Assembly (NCBI GenBank): GCA_026397045.1
Contig: JAPLVO010000008.1
Coordinates: forward strand, 20,850-84,849
DNA: 64,000 nucleotides
Reading direction: 5' to 3'
Source of the DNA: Patescibacteria group bacterium
Lineage (GTDB): Bacteria; Patescibacteriota; Saccharimonadia; CAILAD01; BJGX01
Position numbers and translations under genes: made by a program. This document shows, piece by piece, positions 36,697 through 47,156 of the stretch. Positions within the stretch are counted from its first letter, which is position 1, and every line of letters begins with the position of its first letter. Below the pieces are notes generated by a model that searched no databases, had not been told where the DNA came from, and was given only the letters and a program-made list of their open reading frames with translations.

Positions 36697-37739
36697 TCTT
36701 GATTAACTCGAATAGGTACTAAGCTATCTGCGATTTTAGTACTGCAACGGTGGGCCAAGCCTAACTCAGCAATAGCCAAAATTGTATCAGCGTATTCTAA
36801 TCCGCCATTAAGGCTACAGGCCCTGGTAAAATACCCTCCTCCAAGCCCGGGAGCTAGGTTTGCTTCTAAAAAGTATATCTTTCCTGCACTGTCCATCCTC
36901 AAGTCTATTCTGCCGTAATCGCGACCGCCAAGGACCCTAAACATTGTTAGCGATAAAGCAGCTATCCTCGCCCTGAGTATTGGATCAACAACTTTTACGA
37001 CTCGCTCGGTGTCTTCCTTTTTGACATCGTGGCACAGTATTCTGTCGCCTTTGGCATTTTTATCGGTGAGTATCTCTATAGGCATTGCTGATGCTTCTGC
37101 ACCAAACCCTAGGATAGCTACGCTGTATTCTCTTCCCTGCAGGAACGATTCAACTAAGGCTCTTGTGCCAAACACATTAAAGATAGATTCTACTTTACTG
37201 CTAAAATCATCAAAATTATGCGCTACAGAAAGCTCATCTATGCCCTTACTGCCACCCGATGATATGGGCTTAATGAAAAGAGGGTAAAGTATATCAAGAT
37301 TATCGTTAGGCCCATACTCGCCAGGGATAGCTGTGAAATGGGCAGATGTTGGCAGCCCAGCATCTGCTATTGCTTGCTTGGCCAAGACCTTGTCATTATT
37401 AATATCCATCGCAGTCATGTTCGAGCCTGTGTATCTAATACCTTTTTGATCCAGAAACTCAGATAGCCAAACTACTCTTCCCTCCGGCCCGCCATCTAGG
37501 TCAAGCTTAAGCTTTGAAGCTCCCAGAAAAACTAAATCGGGCGATAGATCGGCTAGAGTGTCTAGGTCCTTAAGAGTATTAATTATGCTTATACCTACTT
37601 TAGAATATCTTTTTGTTAGAACAGCGAATACTTTATCTTGCGTAGATTTACTCATGCCTCCCGCACCAGCCCTATCGGTTCGTACTATTTGAATGTGTTT
37701 TGAAATTTTGGTCATTTTAATTACTTTAGCACTAGCCAT
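36693..37739 (-). CDS. D-Ala-D-Ala ligase family ATP-grasp enzyme
   Basis: YTGS, DK..AK, FIKP..GGS.GI, GREYSV, RDYGRIDLR, LEANLAPGL. Start uncertain. Confidence 0.82.
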   Translation of the reverse strand: MASAKVIKMTKISKHIQIVRTDRAGAGGMSKSTQDKVFAVLTKRYSKVGISIINTLKDLDTLADLSPDLVFLGASKLKLDLDGGPEGRVVWLSEFLDQKGIRYTGSNMTAMDINNDKVLAKQAIADAGLPTSAHFTAIPGEYGPNDNLDILYPLFIKPISSGGSKGIDELSVAHNFDDFSSKVESIFNVFGTRALVESFLQGREYSVAILGFGAEASAMPIEILTDKNAKGDRILCHDVKKEDTERVVKVVDPILRARIAALSLTMFRVLGGRDYGRIDLRMDSAGKIYFLEANLAPGLGGGYFTRACSLNGGLEYADTILAIAELGLAHRCSTKIADSLVPIRVNQD

Positions 37740-37997
37740 ATTAAGAAATGTTTTAATTAGATAATAATAATTATTTCTTGTCAATTATAACAGGTTAGGA
37801 GCTGGCTGGCTAGCTATATAGTGCTAGGGTGACATACAAATAATAATGTATTTGTAATAAATCGTAAAATCAGGTATAATATTGGAGTTCTTAGATACTA
37901 TGCTGCTACGGCTCTAATGGATCAGGTTATTAAATAAGTTCTGGGTGCAGCTAAACAGCCGACAAGCTGGGATTCACCAGAGAGATAAGAAGGAACT

Positions 37998-38255
37998 ATG
38001 GCAAAGAATCTATTTGTTGGTTCACTCCCATGGAGTGTAAACGACGAGCAGCTTGCTCAAATTTTTGCAGAGGCCGGTACAGTTGATTCAGCTCGTGTTA
38101 TCACAGAGCGAGACAGCGGCCGATCTAAGGGTTTCGGATTTGTGGAAATGGCTTCAGACGATGAAGCTAAAAAAGCAGTCGAAATGCTAAATGGCAAAGA
38201 AATTGAAGGACGAGCTATCACCGTGAATGAAGCTCGACCACGCGAAGAAAGATAA
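37998..38255 (+). CDS. RRM RNA-binding protein
   Basis: RNP2 LFVGSL, RNP1 KGFGFVEM, VNEARPRE. Confidence 0.95.
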   Translation: MAKNLFVGSLPWSVNDEQLAQIFAEAGTVDSARVITERDSGRSKGFGFVEMASDDEAKKAVEMLNGKEIEGRAITVNEARPREER

Positions 38256-38273
38256 TATATCTTTCATACCACT

Positions 38274-38297
38274 AAACCCCGCTTAGGCGGGGTTTTT
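38274..38297 (+). terminator. Intrinsic terminator
   Basis: AAACCCCGC-TTAG-GCGGGGTTTTT. Confidence 0.85.
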
Positions 38298-38382
38298 GGT
38301 TATGCTTGCGTAATAATTAGTATGGTTTTATAATACAGCGGATCATCAGATTGGTGATAGCGTTTGGATATTGGGAGTGCAC

Positions 38383-38526
38383 ATGCCTTGGAAAAACTGT
38401 GAGAAGTGTAGTGGTAGTGGTGTCTGCGGGGGGTGTGGCGGCAGAAACACTTGGGGATCTCGCTCATGCTCGACATGCGGTGGGGATGGTAAATGCAAGG
38501 ATTGCAAAGGGAAGAAGGGTGCTTAA
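38383..38526 (+). CDS. 47-aa DnaJ-type CxxCxGxG zinc-finger microprotein
   Basis: MPWKNCEKCSGSGVCGGCGGRNTWGSRSCSTCGGDGKCKDCKGKKGA; GGGAG SD, upstream TATAAT, downstream hairpin. Confidence 0.8.
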   Translation: MPWKNCEKCSGSGVCGGCGGRNTWGSRSCSTCGGDGKCKDCKGKKGA

Positions 38527-38538
38527 TATTTATAACTT

Positions 38539-38570
38539 AGTCCCCAGCGAGCTTAGGCTTGCTGGGGACT
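38539..38570. terminator. Hairpin between the convergent Zn-finger gene and cysS
   Basis: AGTCCCCAGCGAGC-TTAG-GCTTGCTGGGGACT. Confidence 0.75.
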
Positions 38571-38579
38571 CAGTCCTTT

Positions 38580-39953
38580 CTAGGCCCTGCTTACTAGGCT
38601 ACCAATGGGTGTATCAGATAGTATCAAGCTAAAATTATCAGTCAAATGTTTTCTTATTGAGTCGGAAAGTGCAAAATTTTTATCTTTTCTGGCACTATCA
38701 TAGCTGTCTATCAGCTCGAGTATTGTATCGTGGAGTGGATCGTCAAATACTAGCTGAAGCCCAAATACATCATCGACTAAGCGCATAGCTTCTCTGGCGT
38801 CTAAAGTATAAATTTTACCCTCTATAATTTTAAGGGCAGCTAGAGCCCTAGGAGTGTTTAGGTCATCCCTTAGAGCAGAGTTGAACTCTTCTAAGAACTT
38901 ATCAACCGAGCCTGTTTGGTCCATTTCTGATAATTGTCCTACTCTAGCAAGCATCAAATTATCTACATACACCCTTAAGCTCTTCACCCTCTCATGGGCT
39001 GAGTTAATGTCCTCTATGTCTAGGTCCATTCTAGTTCTATAGTGAGCACTCATTACTAAGTACCGATAAGCCATAGGGTGGTTAATATCATTCATTACCA
39101 TGGTATTGCCGAGTGATTTACTCATCTTGGTGGATCCTAGACTCAAATGCTCATTGTGCATATATATGTTGGCTTGCTTACCCCCACACTGGGCAAGCTC
39201 ATTTTCATGATGAGGGAATTTAAGGTCTACTCCACCGGTGTGAATATCGAAGTTATTTGCTAATAACTCCCCGCTCATAGCAGAACACTCGATATGCCAG
39301 CCTGGTCTACCTGGATAAAGACTAGTACCAATCTTAAAATCCCACTGCGGCTCACCTGGCTTACTGGCCTTCCACAGCACAAAATCAGCAACTCCTATTT
39401 TCTGATCTTGATCGTCCGTAACTCTGGGTTTAGCTGTGAAGTCGAGGTTTACAAGCCTACCGTATGTCTTGCCTGTCGCCTGATAATTCTTAATGCTAAA
39501 ATATACACTTCCTGAAGATATATATGCAACCCCTTGCTCTCTTAAATCTAAAATTATCTTCTGCATTGAATCTATAAAGTCGGTAGCTCTGGGTAGATGA
39601 CTTATATCCCCTCTTTTTACCCCTACTTTCTCAATGTCTTCTGTAAATAAGTCCGTGTACTTGTCTGCCAGTCTCCCAAGCGCAGTCATTGGCTCATCAT
39701 CTGGGTAAATTTGCTTTGATTTAGCTATCATCTTGTCGTCAATATCTGTGATATTCATTACCCACTCGACATCATGCTGCTCGACATGCCTTATAACCCT
39801 TTGGAGCAAGTCGGGTAATAAAAAGGCCCTCAGGTTGCCTACATGAACATGGTCGTAGACCGTGGGCCCACAGCTATATATGGTTACCCGATTAGAATTG
39901 ATTGGCTTTAATTCTACTTTGGTATTTGTTAGTGAGTTGTATAGCTTGAGCAT
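38580..39953 (-). CDS. cysS: Cysteine-tRNA ligase
   Basis: YSCGPTVY..HVGN, GRPGWHIECS, DLKFPHHENE, KMSKS. Confidence 0.96.
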   Translation of the reverse strand: MLKLYNSLTNTKVELKPINSNRVTIYSCGPTVYDHVHVGNLRAFLLPDLLQRVIRHVEQHDVEWVMNITDIDDKMIAKSKQIYPDDEPMTALGRLADKYTDLFTEDIEKVGVKRGDISHLPRATDFIDSMQKIILDLREQGVAYISSGSVYFSIKNYQATGKTYGRLVNLDFTAKPRVTDDQDQKIGVADFVLWKASKPGEPQWDFKIGTSLYPGRPGWHIECSAMSGELLANNFDIHTGGVDLKFPHHENELAQCGGKQANIYMHNEHLSLGSTKMSKSLGNTMVMNDINHPMAYRYLVMSAHYRTRMDLDIEDINSAHERVKSLRVYVDNLMLARVGQLSEMDQTGSVDKFLEEFNSALRDDLNTPRALAALKIIEGKIYTLDAREAMRLVDDVFGLQLVFDDPLHDTILELIDSYDSARKDKNFALSDSIRKHLTDNFSLILSDTPIGSLVSRA

Positions 39954-39955
39954 TA

Positions 39956-40495
39956 TTAACTATTATATACCTTTCTTAATACTTCTGCAGTATGCCTGCA
40001 GTCTTCAAGCGCATCATGCCGCCCTCGCGTTGGCAGTCCAAAATATTCAAATGTAGCTTCACTTCTTATAATATCACCGCGTCCTTTTTTAACCATATGC
40101 ATATATGCCAGGCTCCAAATATCTAAATAATGATAATCGTGCTCATATATATCCTTACCTACCGAATTCAGCATTTTAGAAAGCATGGTGTGGTCTAGCA
40201 TTTCATTCCAGCTTGCTAGATATATTTCTGTTCCAAATTTGCTTAAAAATATCTCAATTACATCCTCCTCCATAGGAGCACTATTTAAAATACCCTGTGT
40301 AATTCCATGTACATCAAATGACTCCTTGGGCATATTTGAAACATCTTGCTTGATGTAGCTTAGGAAACTATCTTTTTCTTTCAGGCTTTGTTTATCTAGC
40401 AGTACTGCCCCAAGCTGGATTGGCAAGGACTTTTTGAGATCCAGTCCGGTGGTTTCGAAGTCGATTAAAAGTATGTCTTTAGAAAAGCCTCGCAT
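39956..40495 (-). CDS. DEDDh 3'-5' exonuclease (DnaQ-like)
   Basis: IDFETTGL, HGIT, HDALED. Confidence 0.9.
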   Translation of the reverse strand: MRGFSKDILLIDFETTGLDLKKSLPIQLGAVLLDKQSLKEKDSFLSYIKQDVSNMPKESFDVHGITQGILNSAPMEEDVIEIFLSKFGTEIYLASWNEMLDHTMLSKMLNSVGKDIYEHDYHYLDIWSLAYMHMVKKGRGDIIRSEATFEYFGLPTRGRHDALEDCRHTAEVLRKVYNS

Positions 40496-40496
40496 C

Positions 40497-41096
40497 CTAA
40501 AAGGCCTGCCTATTGTCTAATGCCCTACTCAATGTCAGCTGATCGGCGTACTCTAAATCCCCACCAATCGGCAATCCATGAGCTAGCTTGCTAATTTTGC
40601 CAGTATAGCCCTGATCTATAAGCTTGCGCGATATGTAAATTGAAGTAGTCTCACCTTCAATATTAGGGTTGGTGGCAAGGATGATTTCTTCGGGCTCTAC
40701 TAACGAGACTCTATCTATAAGACTTTGGATTTCCAAATCATCTGGTCCGATACCGTCAATAGGGCTTATTACGCCATGTAGTATATGATATTGGCCTCTA
40801 AATAAGCCCGTTCTCTCTAGCGCTACTATATCCATTGGGCTAGATACTACAGCTATAAGATCGGCTGTCCTGCTGGTGCTTGAGCATATAGGGCATAAAT
40901 CACCCGAGGCATAATTCTTGCAGGTATGACACCTTTGGAGACCTTTCTTGAGCTCTAGCACTACCCTGCCGAATTGCTCGCTATCACCGTTGGCGAGTAA
41001 ATAAAAAACCATTCGCTCGGCAGACTTTGCGCCAATCGATGGCAACTTAGAAAACTCATCTATTAGATTAGTAATATTATCTGGGAGAATCTGCAT
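40497..41096 (-). CDS. recR: Recombination protein RecR
   Basis: LPSIG.KSAER, C4 Zn finger, Toprim EIILATNPNIEGE, GLPIGGDLEYAD. Confidence 0.96.
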   Translation of the reverse strand: MQILPDNITNLIDEFSKLPSIGAKSAERMVFYLLANGDSEQFGRVVLELKKGLQRCHTCKNYASGDLCPICSSTSRTADLIAVVSSPMDIVALERTGLFRGQYHILHGVISPIDGIGPDDLEIQSLIDRVSLVEPEEIILATNPNIEGETTSIYISRKLIDQGYTGKISKLAHGLPIGGDLEYADQLTLSRALDNRQAF

Positions 41097-41103
41097 GAGT
41101 TTA

Positions 41104-41412
41104 CTACATGCCAGGAAGATTCATGCTACCAGCAATCTCTTGCATTTTCTCTGTAGCCTCACTCATAAGGTCCTTATTTGCCTGGTTAACTGCTGCGATG
41201 ATCAAAGATGACAGCCTTTCAAGGTCTTCACTGGCTTCAGGCTTAATCTCTATACTCTTAATCTCGACATTCATACTGGATTGACTAATCGCTAGGCCAG
41301 CCGTAACTGTGACATCACCTTCGCCTGCCTCTGCCACGATTTGCATTCTTTTGAGCTCTTTTTGTAATTTTAAGGCTTTCTGGGCCAATTTGGCTTTTTC
41401 CATCATCGACAT
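41104..41412 (-). CDS. ybaB: Nucleoid-associated protein YbaB/EbfC
   Basis: Upstream of recR; KLQKEL...G.VTVT...LIIAAVNQA. Confidence 0.85.
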   Translation of the reverse strand: MSMMEKAKLAQKALKLQKELKRMQIVAEAGEGDVTVTAGLAISQSSMNVEIKSIEIKPEASEDLERLSSLIIAAVNQANKDLMSEATEKMQEIAGSMNLPGM

Positions 41413-41445
41413 AATATTTCTCCTTTTATTGAAGTTACAACAATA

Positions 41446-42939
41446 CTATTGTATCTGATATAGCCTAGCTTCGCTATATCCAGCCGAAAAAGTACTAACC
41501 AGCTTCCAGCTAGATGGGACCTGATCGTAATAATCATGCTGCCCTGTCTTGCCTATAACCCATACTCTTCCCGACTGGATGTCATTATAAGAGTCTAAGT
41601 AGATGCCCTTATCATATATCAAGCCAGATTCACCATAGCCGTTCGGCCTACCCTGCTTTGTGTATAGAAATATATCTAAGCCAGTTCTGTTGTAATAGCT
41701 ACTATCAAAATAGACATACAATTCTCCGGCGATAAGCTTGTCATCAGGCTTGAAGCTACTCTCAAGGCCACTCATTACGGTGCTCATTTGATGATTAGAC
41801 TGTGAATTAACATTTCTAATTCCAACCAGCTGAGAACTCACCACAATAAATAGTAGTAGTGCTGCTAGGATTTTATTTTTGGCGTTAATCTCAGATATCG
41901 CCAGAGCCAATAGCATGCATAATCCAATGGCCGCAAACACAAAATACCGCTCATGGTAGATTGGCCTAAAGAAAGATATTGAAAGTGCAAATAGTATGGG
42001 GAAAAAGCTAAAGAGTAATATAAGCCTAGAGAAGTGGGCTTTTGTTTTGTCATTTATGGTATGAGCTACTATTACAACAAGCAAAATAACAGGAACTACC
42101 CAGTACAATACTGGCCATAAAGCACGGCCATCGGTAAATGTAGTAAACTGCCATATGGTATCGTTAAGAGTCATGGCTGACGCCCTAGATAACCAGCCAA
42201 GGCCCTGCCCCCTAGTTAGTTGGCTCAGCATATTTGGCACCCATGGCATAAAAAGTATTACTGCCGCAAGATTAGCTAGCCACCATCGCCAATTAGTTAA
42301 TATGGAAATCTTTTTGCTACCTGTTTGCATGAATATAGCCACTACATAAATCCAGAAGCTAATCACTACGAGTGCGGTAAAATAATGCGTATAAAGGCCA
42401 GCCGTGATGCCAGCTACATATATGATATAACCCCTCCAATCTTTTTGATTTTGGGTTATATATATAACACCCAGCATCGCTACAAGCAGAAATACTCCTA
42501 GCACGCCATACATCCTAGCTTCCTGGCTATAGCGAATTAGAAATGGGTTGAGGGCTAAAATAAAGCCTGCCAGCGCAGCTACATTGTGCTTTTTACCTAC
42601 CTTCAACACAATAAAGTAGCCTAACCCTACAACAACCACGCCAAATACAGCACTAAGTGACCGTAAAGCCAGAGCTGAACTGCCAAATAACAAACCCCAA
42701 CCATGCAAGAGCTCGTAATACAGTGGCGGGTGTACATCCCTGGCCGAGCCGAGCCAAACACCGAGCCAATCTTTACTAGAGAGCATAATACTGAATCCTT
42801 CATCGTGCCATATGCTTGATTTAGTAATGCCGAAGGCTCTAGTAACTACAGCTAAAATGATAATTAAGACTAGAACCAATAGCCAATGCCTATTTAGCGT
42901 CTTGGAAAATTTATTAAAACTATTTTTTATACTTACCAC
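41446..42939 (-). CDS. GT-C fold glycosyltransferase (GT39/PMT-like)
   Basis: SIWHDE, DVHPPLYY, YSQEARMY, YTHYF; multi-TM. Confidence 0.88.
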   Translation of the reverse strand: MVSIKNSFNKFSKTLNRHWLLVLVLIIILAVVTRAFGITKSSIWHDEGFSIMLSSKDWLGVWLGSARDVHPPLYYELLHGWGLLFGSSALALRSLSAVFGVVVVGLGYFIVLKVGKKHNVAALAGFILALNPFLIRYSQEARMYGVLGVFLLVAMLGVIYITQNQKDWRGYIIYVAGITAGLYTHYFTALVVISFWIYVVAIFMQTGSKKISILTNWRWWLANLAAVILFMPWVPNMLSQLTRGQGLGWLSRASAMTLNDTIWQFTTFTDGRALWPVLYWVVPVILLVVIVAHTINDKTKAHFSRLILLFSFFPILFALSISFFRPIYHERYFVFAAIGLCMLLALAISEINAKNKILAALLLFIVVSSQLVGIRNVNSQSNHQMSTVMSGLESSFKPDDKLIAGELYVYFDSSYYNRTGLDIFLYTKQGRPNGYGESGLIYDKGIYLDSYNDIQSGRVWVIGKTGQHDYYDQVPSSWKLVSTFSAGYSEARLYQIQ

Positions 42940-43660
42940 GTATCAACTGCCAGCGTATCTTAGCTAAGTCACCGAAGGTTTGTATTGAGGCCTTTATGGG
43001 TGATGTACCGCTAATTTTGCTTCCTTGCTTAATGTCATGCCAATCAGGCACATCGATAATACCAATCGTGTAGCCTTTTTTTCTAGCTATCGCTAGCACC
43101 TCCATATCAAAGCCCCAGCTATCGATCGTCTGTAAGGGGAATATTGATTGTGCCGATTCTTTGGTGAACCCCTTGAAGCCACACTGGGTATCGGCTATAC
43201 CTGGTAGTAGAACCATCTGAACTAACATATTGCCAGCTCCTGAAATTAACTTACGGATACCTTTATGGCTCTTTTGAAGGTCCCTAACGCATATAGCAAG
43301 TTGGCTGCCGGATTGCATTAGGCTAACAGCTTCCTTGATGTATTTGAGGGGTGTCGCTAAATCTGCATCCATAAAAATAATATACTGCCCCTTGGCCTCT
43401 AGCATACCCTTTTTGACTTGCAGGCCTTTAATAAACTTACCTTTAGGCTTCGGGCCAACATCGATGACTTTGATTTTATTAAAAACTTTAGAATGAGCAT
43501 TTACTTCCTTGATGGTGTCATCTGGGCTTCTTGCATCAACCACCAAGACCTCGATATTGAGCTTTTCTTTGCTAGCGTACTTGTGTAGCTGATCTAGTGT
43601 TGGTCCTATCCTGCCCTGCTCATTATAGGTTGGTATTACAATACTTATTAGGTCTTTCAT
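42920..43660 (-). CDS. GT2 polyprenol-phosphate glycosyltransferase (DPG/DPM-like)
   Basis: SIVIPTYNE, FMDAD, DTQCGFK, FDMEVL. Confidence 0.92.
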   Translation of the reverse strand: MKDLISIVIPTYNEQGRIGPTLDQLHKYASKEKLNIEVLVVDARSPDDTIKEVNAHSKVFNKIKVIDVGPKPKGKFIKGLQVKKGMLEAKGQYIIFMDADLATPLKYIKEAVSLMQSGSQLAICVRDLQKSHKGIRKLISGAGNMLVQMVLLPGIADTQCGFKGFTKESAQSIFPLQTIDSWGFDMEVLAIARKKGYTIGIIDVPDWHDIKQGSKISGTSPIKASIQTFGDLAKIRWQLIRGKYKK

Positions 43661-45222
43661 TGATTTATCTCGCAGGCACTAAATAGTAGCTTGCCATTAA
43701 AGTCTGAATAGAAATCCTTGACTGTGGCATTAGGGAATTTTGCCTTAACAATAGCTACCTGTTTATCGTGGTCGGCTCCAGCTGGCACTATTATAAGGAT
43801 ATTTGTAGTATTAGCTATTGGTAGGTCTCTTAGCTGGGCAGTATCCAGTAGACTATACTGAGACTTTTTATGGGTTAGATACTCGATTGTGTTGGCCTCA
43901 TAACCGCCCATAATAACATAATTACTTCGTGCGGGATTATTTGTAGAGATCAAATATTTGGCGATTGCCACTGAGCCCTCATTGTAGGCTTCATAGGTCT
44001 TGGCATCCTGAGCCCACGATACGAAGTATTGCCGATATGCCTGAATCAGGGATAGGGCCATGAGCACACAAACCAAGAATAAGCCTGTGATTCGGGCCAG
44101 CCTATTGATAGGAAAGGTCTGATACCACATATAAAGCAAGTAATTTACTCCCATGCCGGCCATAATTAGAACTGGCACGGCTGTGCCTATGGATCTTAGA
44201 GCGTGAGGCAAACCTTCTGCCGTCAAAAGAGATGGCAATAACATTGATCCAAAAACAACCAGAAGCAATGCATACTTAGGTTTGGCAAAGTTAAATAGGC
44301 ACATGACTAGGCCCAAAATAAACATTATGCCCACGAAAATATTTAGTAGCGGCTGGCCAGAAAAATTATGCCGATTATTACTATCCCCTATGTAATTGTA
44401 TTGCAAAATAGTTTTTGCTGTTCCAGAAAGCAGAGTTTGAATTGGCTGACCATTATTTAAGTTTTTGTTCAAAAAGCTGGTACCACCTGCCCTAGCTGTA
44501 GACCCTCCAGGGTCCTTGATGGTGGTATACAAAAGTGGGCTCATAACTGCCCCAAAAACAGCCATACTAAGAATTAGCTTCTTCCAATTACTCATTAGCC
44601 AGCTTCTTCTAAAGATTAGCATATATATAAAACCTGCGAAGATTGCTGTTAATATCATGGAGAACGCTGTGTATGTATAAAATCCTAAGCCTAGAGATAC
44701 TGCAGCAAGAATATAGTAAATCTTTTTATTAGTCTTATAGGCCTTAGCGCCAAATAGTAATATTAAGGCTATGAATAATGGCACTAGGCTAGCCCTAAAG
44801 CCATCGCGTTGAATTGTCACCACCCACGGATTGATTGCAAAAAAGAAAGCCGTGATCAGCGCTGTTCGGCGATTAAACCACTCTTTAGTGGCAAAGAATA
44901 CCACTATTACGCTAAGAACTCCGAAGAGTGCAGGTGCAACTCTCAGAGCTGTTATTGTATTTCCCATCGCTAGGACAAAAACAGCCTGGAAATAAAAAAA
45001 CAATGCCTCGCGGGGGCCATTAGTATTATAAATAATCCTTAGGTCGCGGTTTTCTAGGATCTTGAATATATCTAGTCCGTTTGCTGCTTCATCTGGATGT
45101 AAACCTGGCGGGAGTGTATTTAGCTGGTAGAATCTAAAAAATATAGCTAATGCGACTATTGCCAGAAGCAAAAACCAGACCATATTTTTCCTTATAAAAA
45201 TGAGTGTTTTGTTATTTTTCAT
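43657..45222 (-). CDS. GT-C fold glycosyltransferase (GT39/ArnT-like)
   Basis: PPGLHPDEAANG, GLGFYTY, PHALR; multi-TM. Confidence 0.88.
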   Translation of the reverse strand: MKNNKTLIFIRKNMVWFLLLAIVALAIFFRFYQLNTLPPGLHPDEAANGLDIFKILENRDLRIIYNTNGPREALFFYFQAVFVLAMGNTITALRVAPALFGVLSVIVVFFATKEWFNRRTALITAFFFAINPWVVTIQRDGFRASLVPLFIALILLFGAKAYKTNKKIYYILAAVSLGLGFYTYTAFSMILTAIFAGFIYMLIFRRSWLMSNWKKLILSMAVFGAVMSPLLYTTIKDPGGSTARAGGTSFLNKNLNNGQPIQTLLSGTAKTILQYNYIGDSNNRHNFSGQPLLNIFVGIMFILGLVMCLFNFAKPKYALLLVVFGSMLLPSLLTAEGLPHALRSIGTAVPVLIMAGMGVNYLLYMWYQTFPINRLARITGLFLVCVLMALSLIQAYRQYFVSWAQDAKTYEAYNEGSVAIAKYLISTNNPARSNYVIMGGYEANTIEYLTHKKSQYSLLDTAQLRDLPIANTTNILIIVPAGADHDKQVAIVKAKFPNATVKDFYSDFNGKLLFSACEINQ

Positions 45223-45778
45223 TATTAAATATAAAGTACTTATACATTAGATAATTATAAAACAGAACAACTGCTACAGCTGCTAGCAGGGCGGTGTTTC
45301 TAATATCAAACTCTCTAGTAAAGGGTAGCCTTAGGTAGCTAGTGATGCTGTATGCTAGCTGAGCTGGCCAAATCCAGACATCAGTAAAAACAAAAAATAT
45401 TATTGGGCGAATTAAATATAGGCCAGCCGCAGTAATAATAAAAAACAAAACTAACTTAGCAGGAGATAGCTTTTTTGCCTTAAAGGTGAAGTTCTTATTG
45501 AATATGAAGCTATTAATCATTGCTGCAGTTCCAGATATTAACCCAGCCAAGACCACCCCAGTAATATTGTATTGTTTGCCAGCGAGAGTAAAGCTAAATA
45601 TTAAAAGGGTACTGGGTAGTATTGTGGCCGCAAGAATATTTAGCAGGGTAAAATCTACCAGGGTGTTAAGTATGCCAACTAGACCAAATCTACCAACTTG
45701 GGCAGCCTCGGAAAGTTTATTAGAAGGTTTGGATTTAGTGTTACTCATCATATTGCTTATGGATTTATTATAACTCAA
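45212..45778 (-). CDS. GtrA family flippase
   Basis: RFGLVGILNTLVDF, NSFIFNKNFTF, NYLMYKYFIF. Confidence 0.88.
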   Translation of the reverse strand: MSYNKSISNMMSNTKSKPSNKLSEAAQVGRFGLVGILNTLVDFTLLNILAATILPSTLLIFSFTLAGKQYNITGVVLAGLISGTAAMINSFIFNKNFTFKAKKLSPAKLVLFFIITAAGLYLIRPIIFFVFTDVWIWPAQLAYSITSYLRLPFTREFDIRNTALLAAVAVVLFYNYLMYKYFIFNNEK

Positions 45779-45797
45779 TCTGTTCGGATATTAAATA

Positions 45798-47156
45798 TTA
45801 ATTTTGGCCGCCTCGGTCAATAGACTTAAAGAGGGTTTGCTCGGGCTGGAAGAATAGTTCGACTTCGCCAGTTGGACCATTACGATGCTTTTTTATAAGA
45901 ATATCCGCGATATTCTTCTTCTCAGAATCCTTCTCATAATAATCCTCGCGATATATAAACATCACTACATCAGCATCCTGCTCTATAGAACCAGATTCTC
46001 GTAAATCGGACAACTGCGGGATCTTTGGTGATCTTTGCTCAACCGACCTAGAAAGCTGAGACAAGGCAATAACAGGCACATTTAGCTCTCGGGCCATTCC
46101 CTTAAGACCGCGGGATATTTCGGATATCTCCTGAACCCTATTTTCTGATGAGTTACGGCCACTCATTAGCTGCAAATAATCTATAACTATCAGCCCTAGA
46201 TCGTGCTCAGATTGAAGACGGCGGGCTTTAGTTCTCATCTCCATAACATTTGCCATGGCAGAGTCGTCGATGTATATCGGCGCTTCGGACAATACCCCCA
46301 TGGCCTTATTGAGTTTTTCAAAATCCTTATCTTCAAGACTCCCCGTTCTAAGCTTCCAGCTATCAATGCCGGCCTCCGACGCGAGAAGTCTGTCTATCAA
46401 TTGCTCCTTGCTCATCTCTAGGCTAAATACGCCCACTGGGACACCCTCTTTAGTTGCGACATTCTGGGCAATATTTAACGCCAAGCTAGTTTTGCCCATA
46501 CTAGGCCGAGCCGCTAAGATAATTAAGTCGGATTTCTGTAGGCCTGCCAAAAGATTATCTATCCCGGAAAATCCAGTTGGAACTCCGCGCAGACTTTCTT
46601 TATCTTTGTGCAAGCTATCGAGACGATCAAAACTCTCGGCTAGGACATCCTTTATAGACACAAAGTTTTGCCTGAGGTGCTTTTGGCTGACATCGAAAAG
46701 TGTTTTCTCGGCATTATCCAATAAGCTATCGAGAGGCTGATCCTCGTCATAGGCCATTGTGTTAATTTGACTAGAGGCCTTGATTAGTCTTCGCAGAGTG
46801 GCCTTTTGGGCAACAAACTGGGCGTACTGCACTACATGCGCAGCTGATGGAACGCCATTAACAAGCTCCGTCAGGTAACTTGCGCCGCCCATACTCTTAA
46901 GTGTACCCTGCTTATCCAGCTCTTCAGAGAGTGTTACTACATCTAGCGGTTCGCGTTTTTCGTATAGACTAAGGATGGATTCAAATATATGACTATTTTT
47001 ATCTACATAAAAATCGTCAATATGCACTACATCGGCAATTTTAATTATTGCGTCTTTATCCATCAGTAGCGACCCAAGTAGGCTGGCTTCGGCCTGGGGG
47101 TTTTGCGGCGGTACCTTGACGCTCAGGACCTCTTTGGCTGTAAACTTCTTAGCCAT
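45798..47156 (-). CDS. dnaB: Replicative DNA helicase
   Basis: AARPSMGKT, FSLEMS, IDYLQL, LSQLSR, DLRESGSIEQDAD, KHRNGPTG. Confidence 0.97.
   Translation of the reverse strand: MAKKFTAKEVLSVKVPPQNPQAEASLLGSLLMDKDAIIKIADVVHIDDFYVDKNSHIFESILSLYEKREPLDVVTLSEELDKQGTLKSMGGASYLTELVNGVPSAAHVVQYAQFVAQKATLRRLIKASSQINTMAYDEDQPLDSLLDNAEKTLFDVSQKHLRQNFVSIKDVLAESFDRLDSLHKDKESLRGVPTGFSGIDNLLAGLQKSDLIILAARPSMGKTSLALNIAQNVATKEGVPVGVFSLEMSKEQLIDRLLASEAGIDSWKLRTGSLEDKDFEKLNKAMGVLSEAPIYIDDSAMANVMEMRTKARRLQSEHDLGLIVIDYLQLMSGRNSSENRVQEISEISRGLKGMARELNVPVIALSQLSRSVEQRSPKIPQLSDLRESGSIEQDADVVMFIYREDYYEKDSEKKNIADILIKKHRNGPTGEVELFFQPEQTLFKSIDRGGQN

Noticed and set aside
38351-38632. 93-aa ORF from the track
   Set aside because: Alternate frame over the convincing 47-aa Zn-finger gene; it runs through the terminator into cysS.
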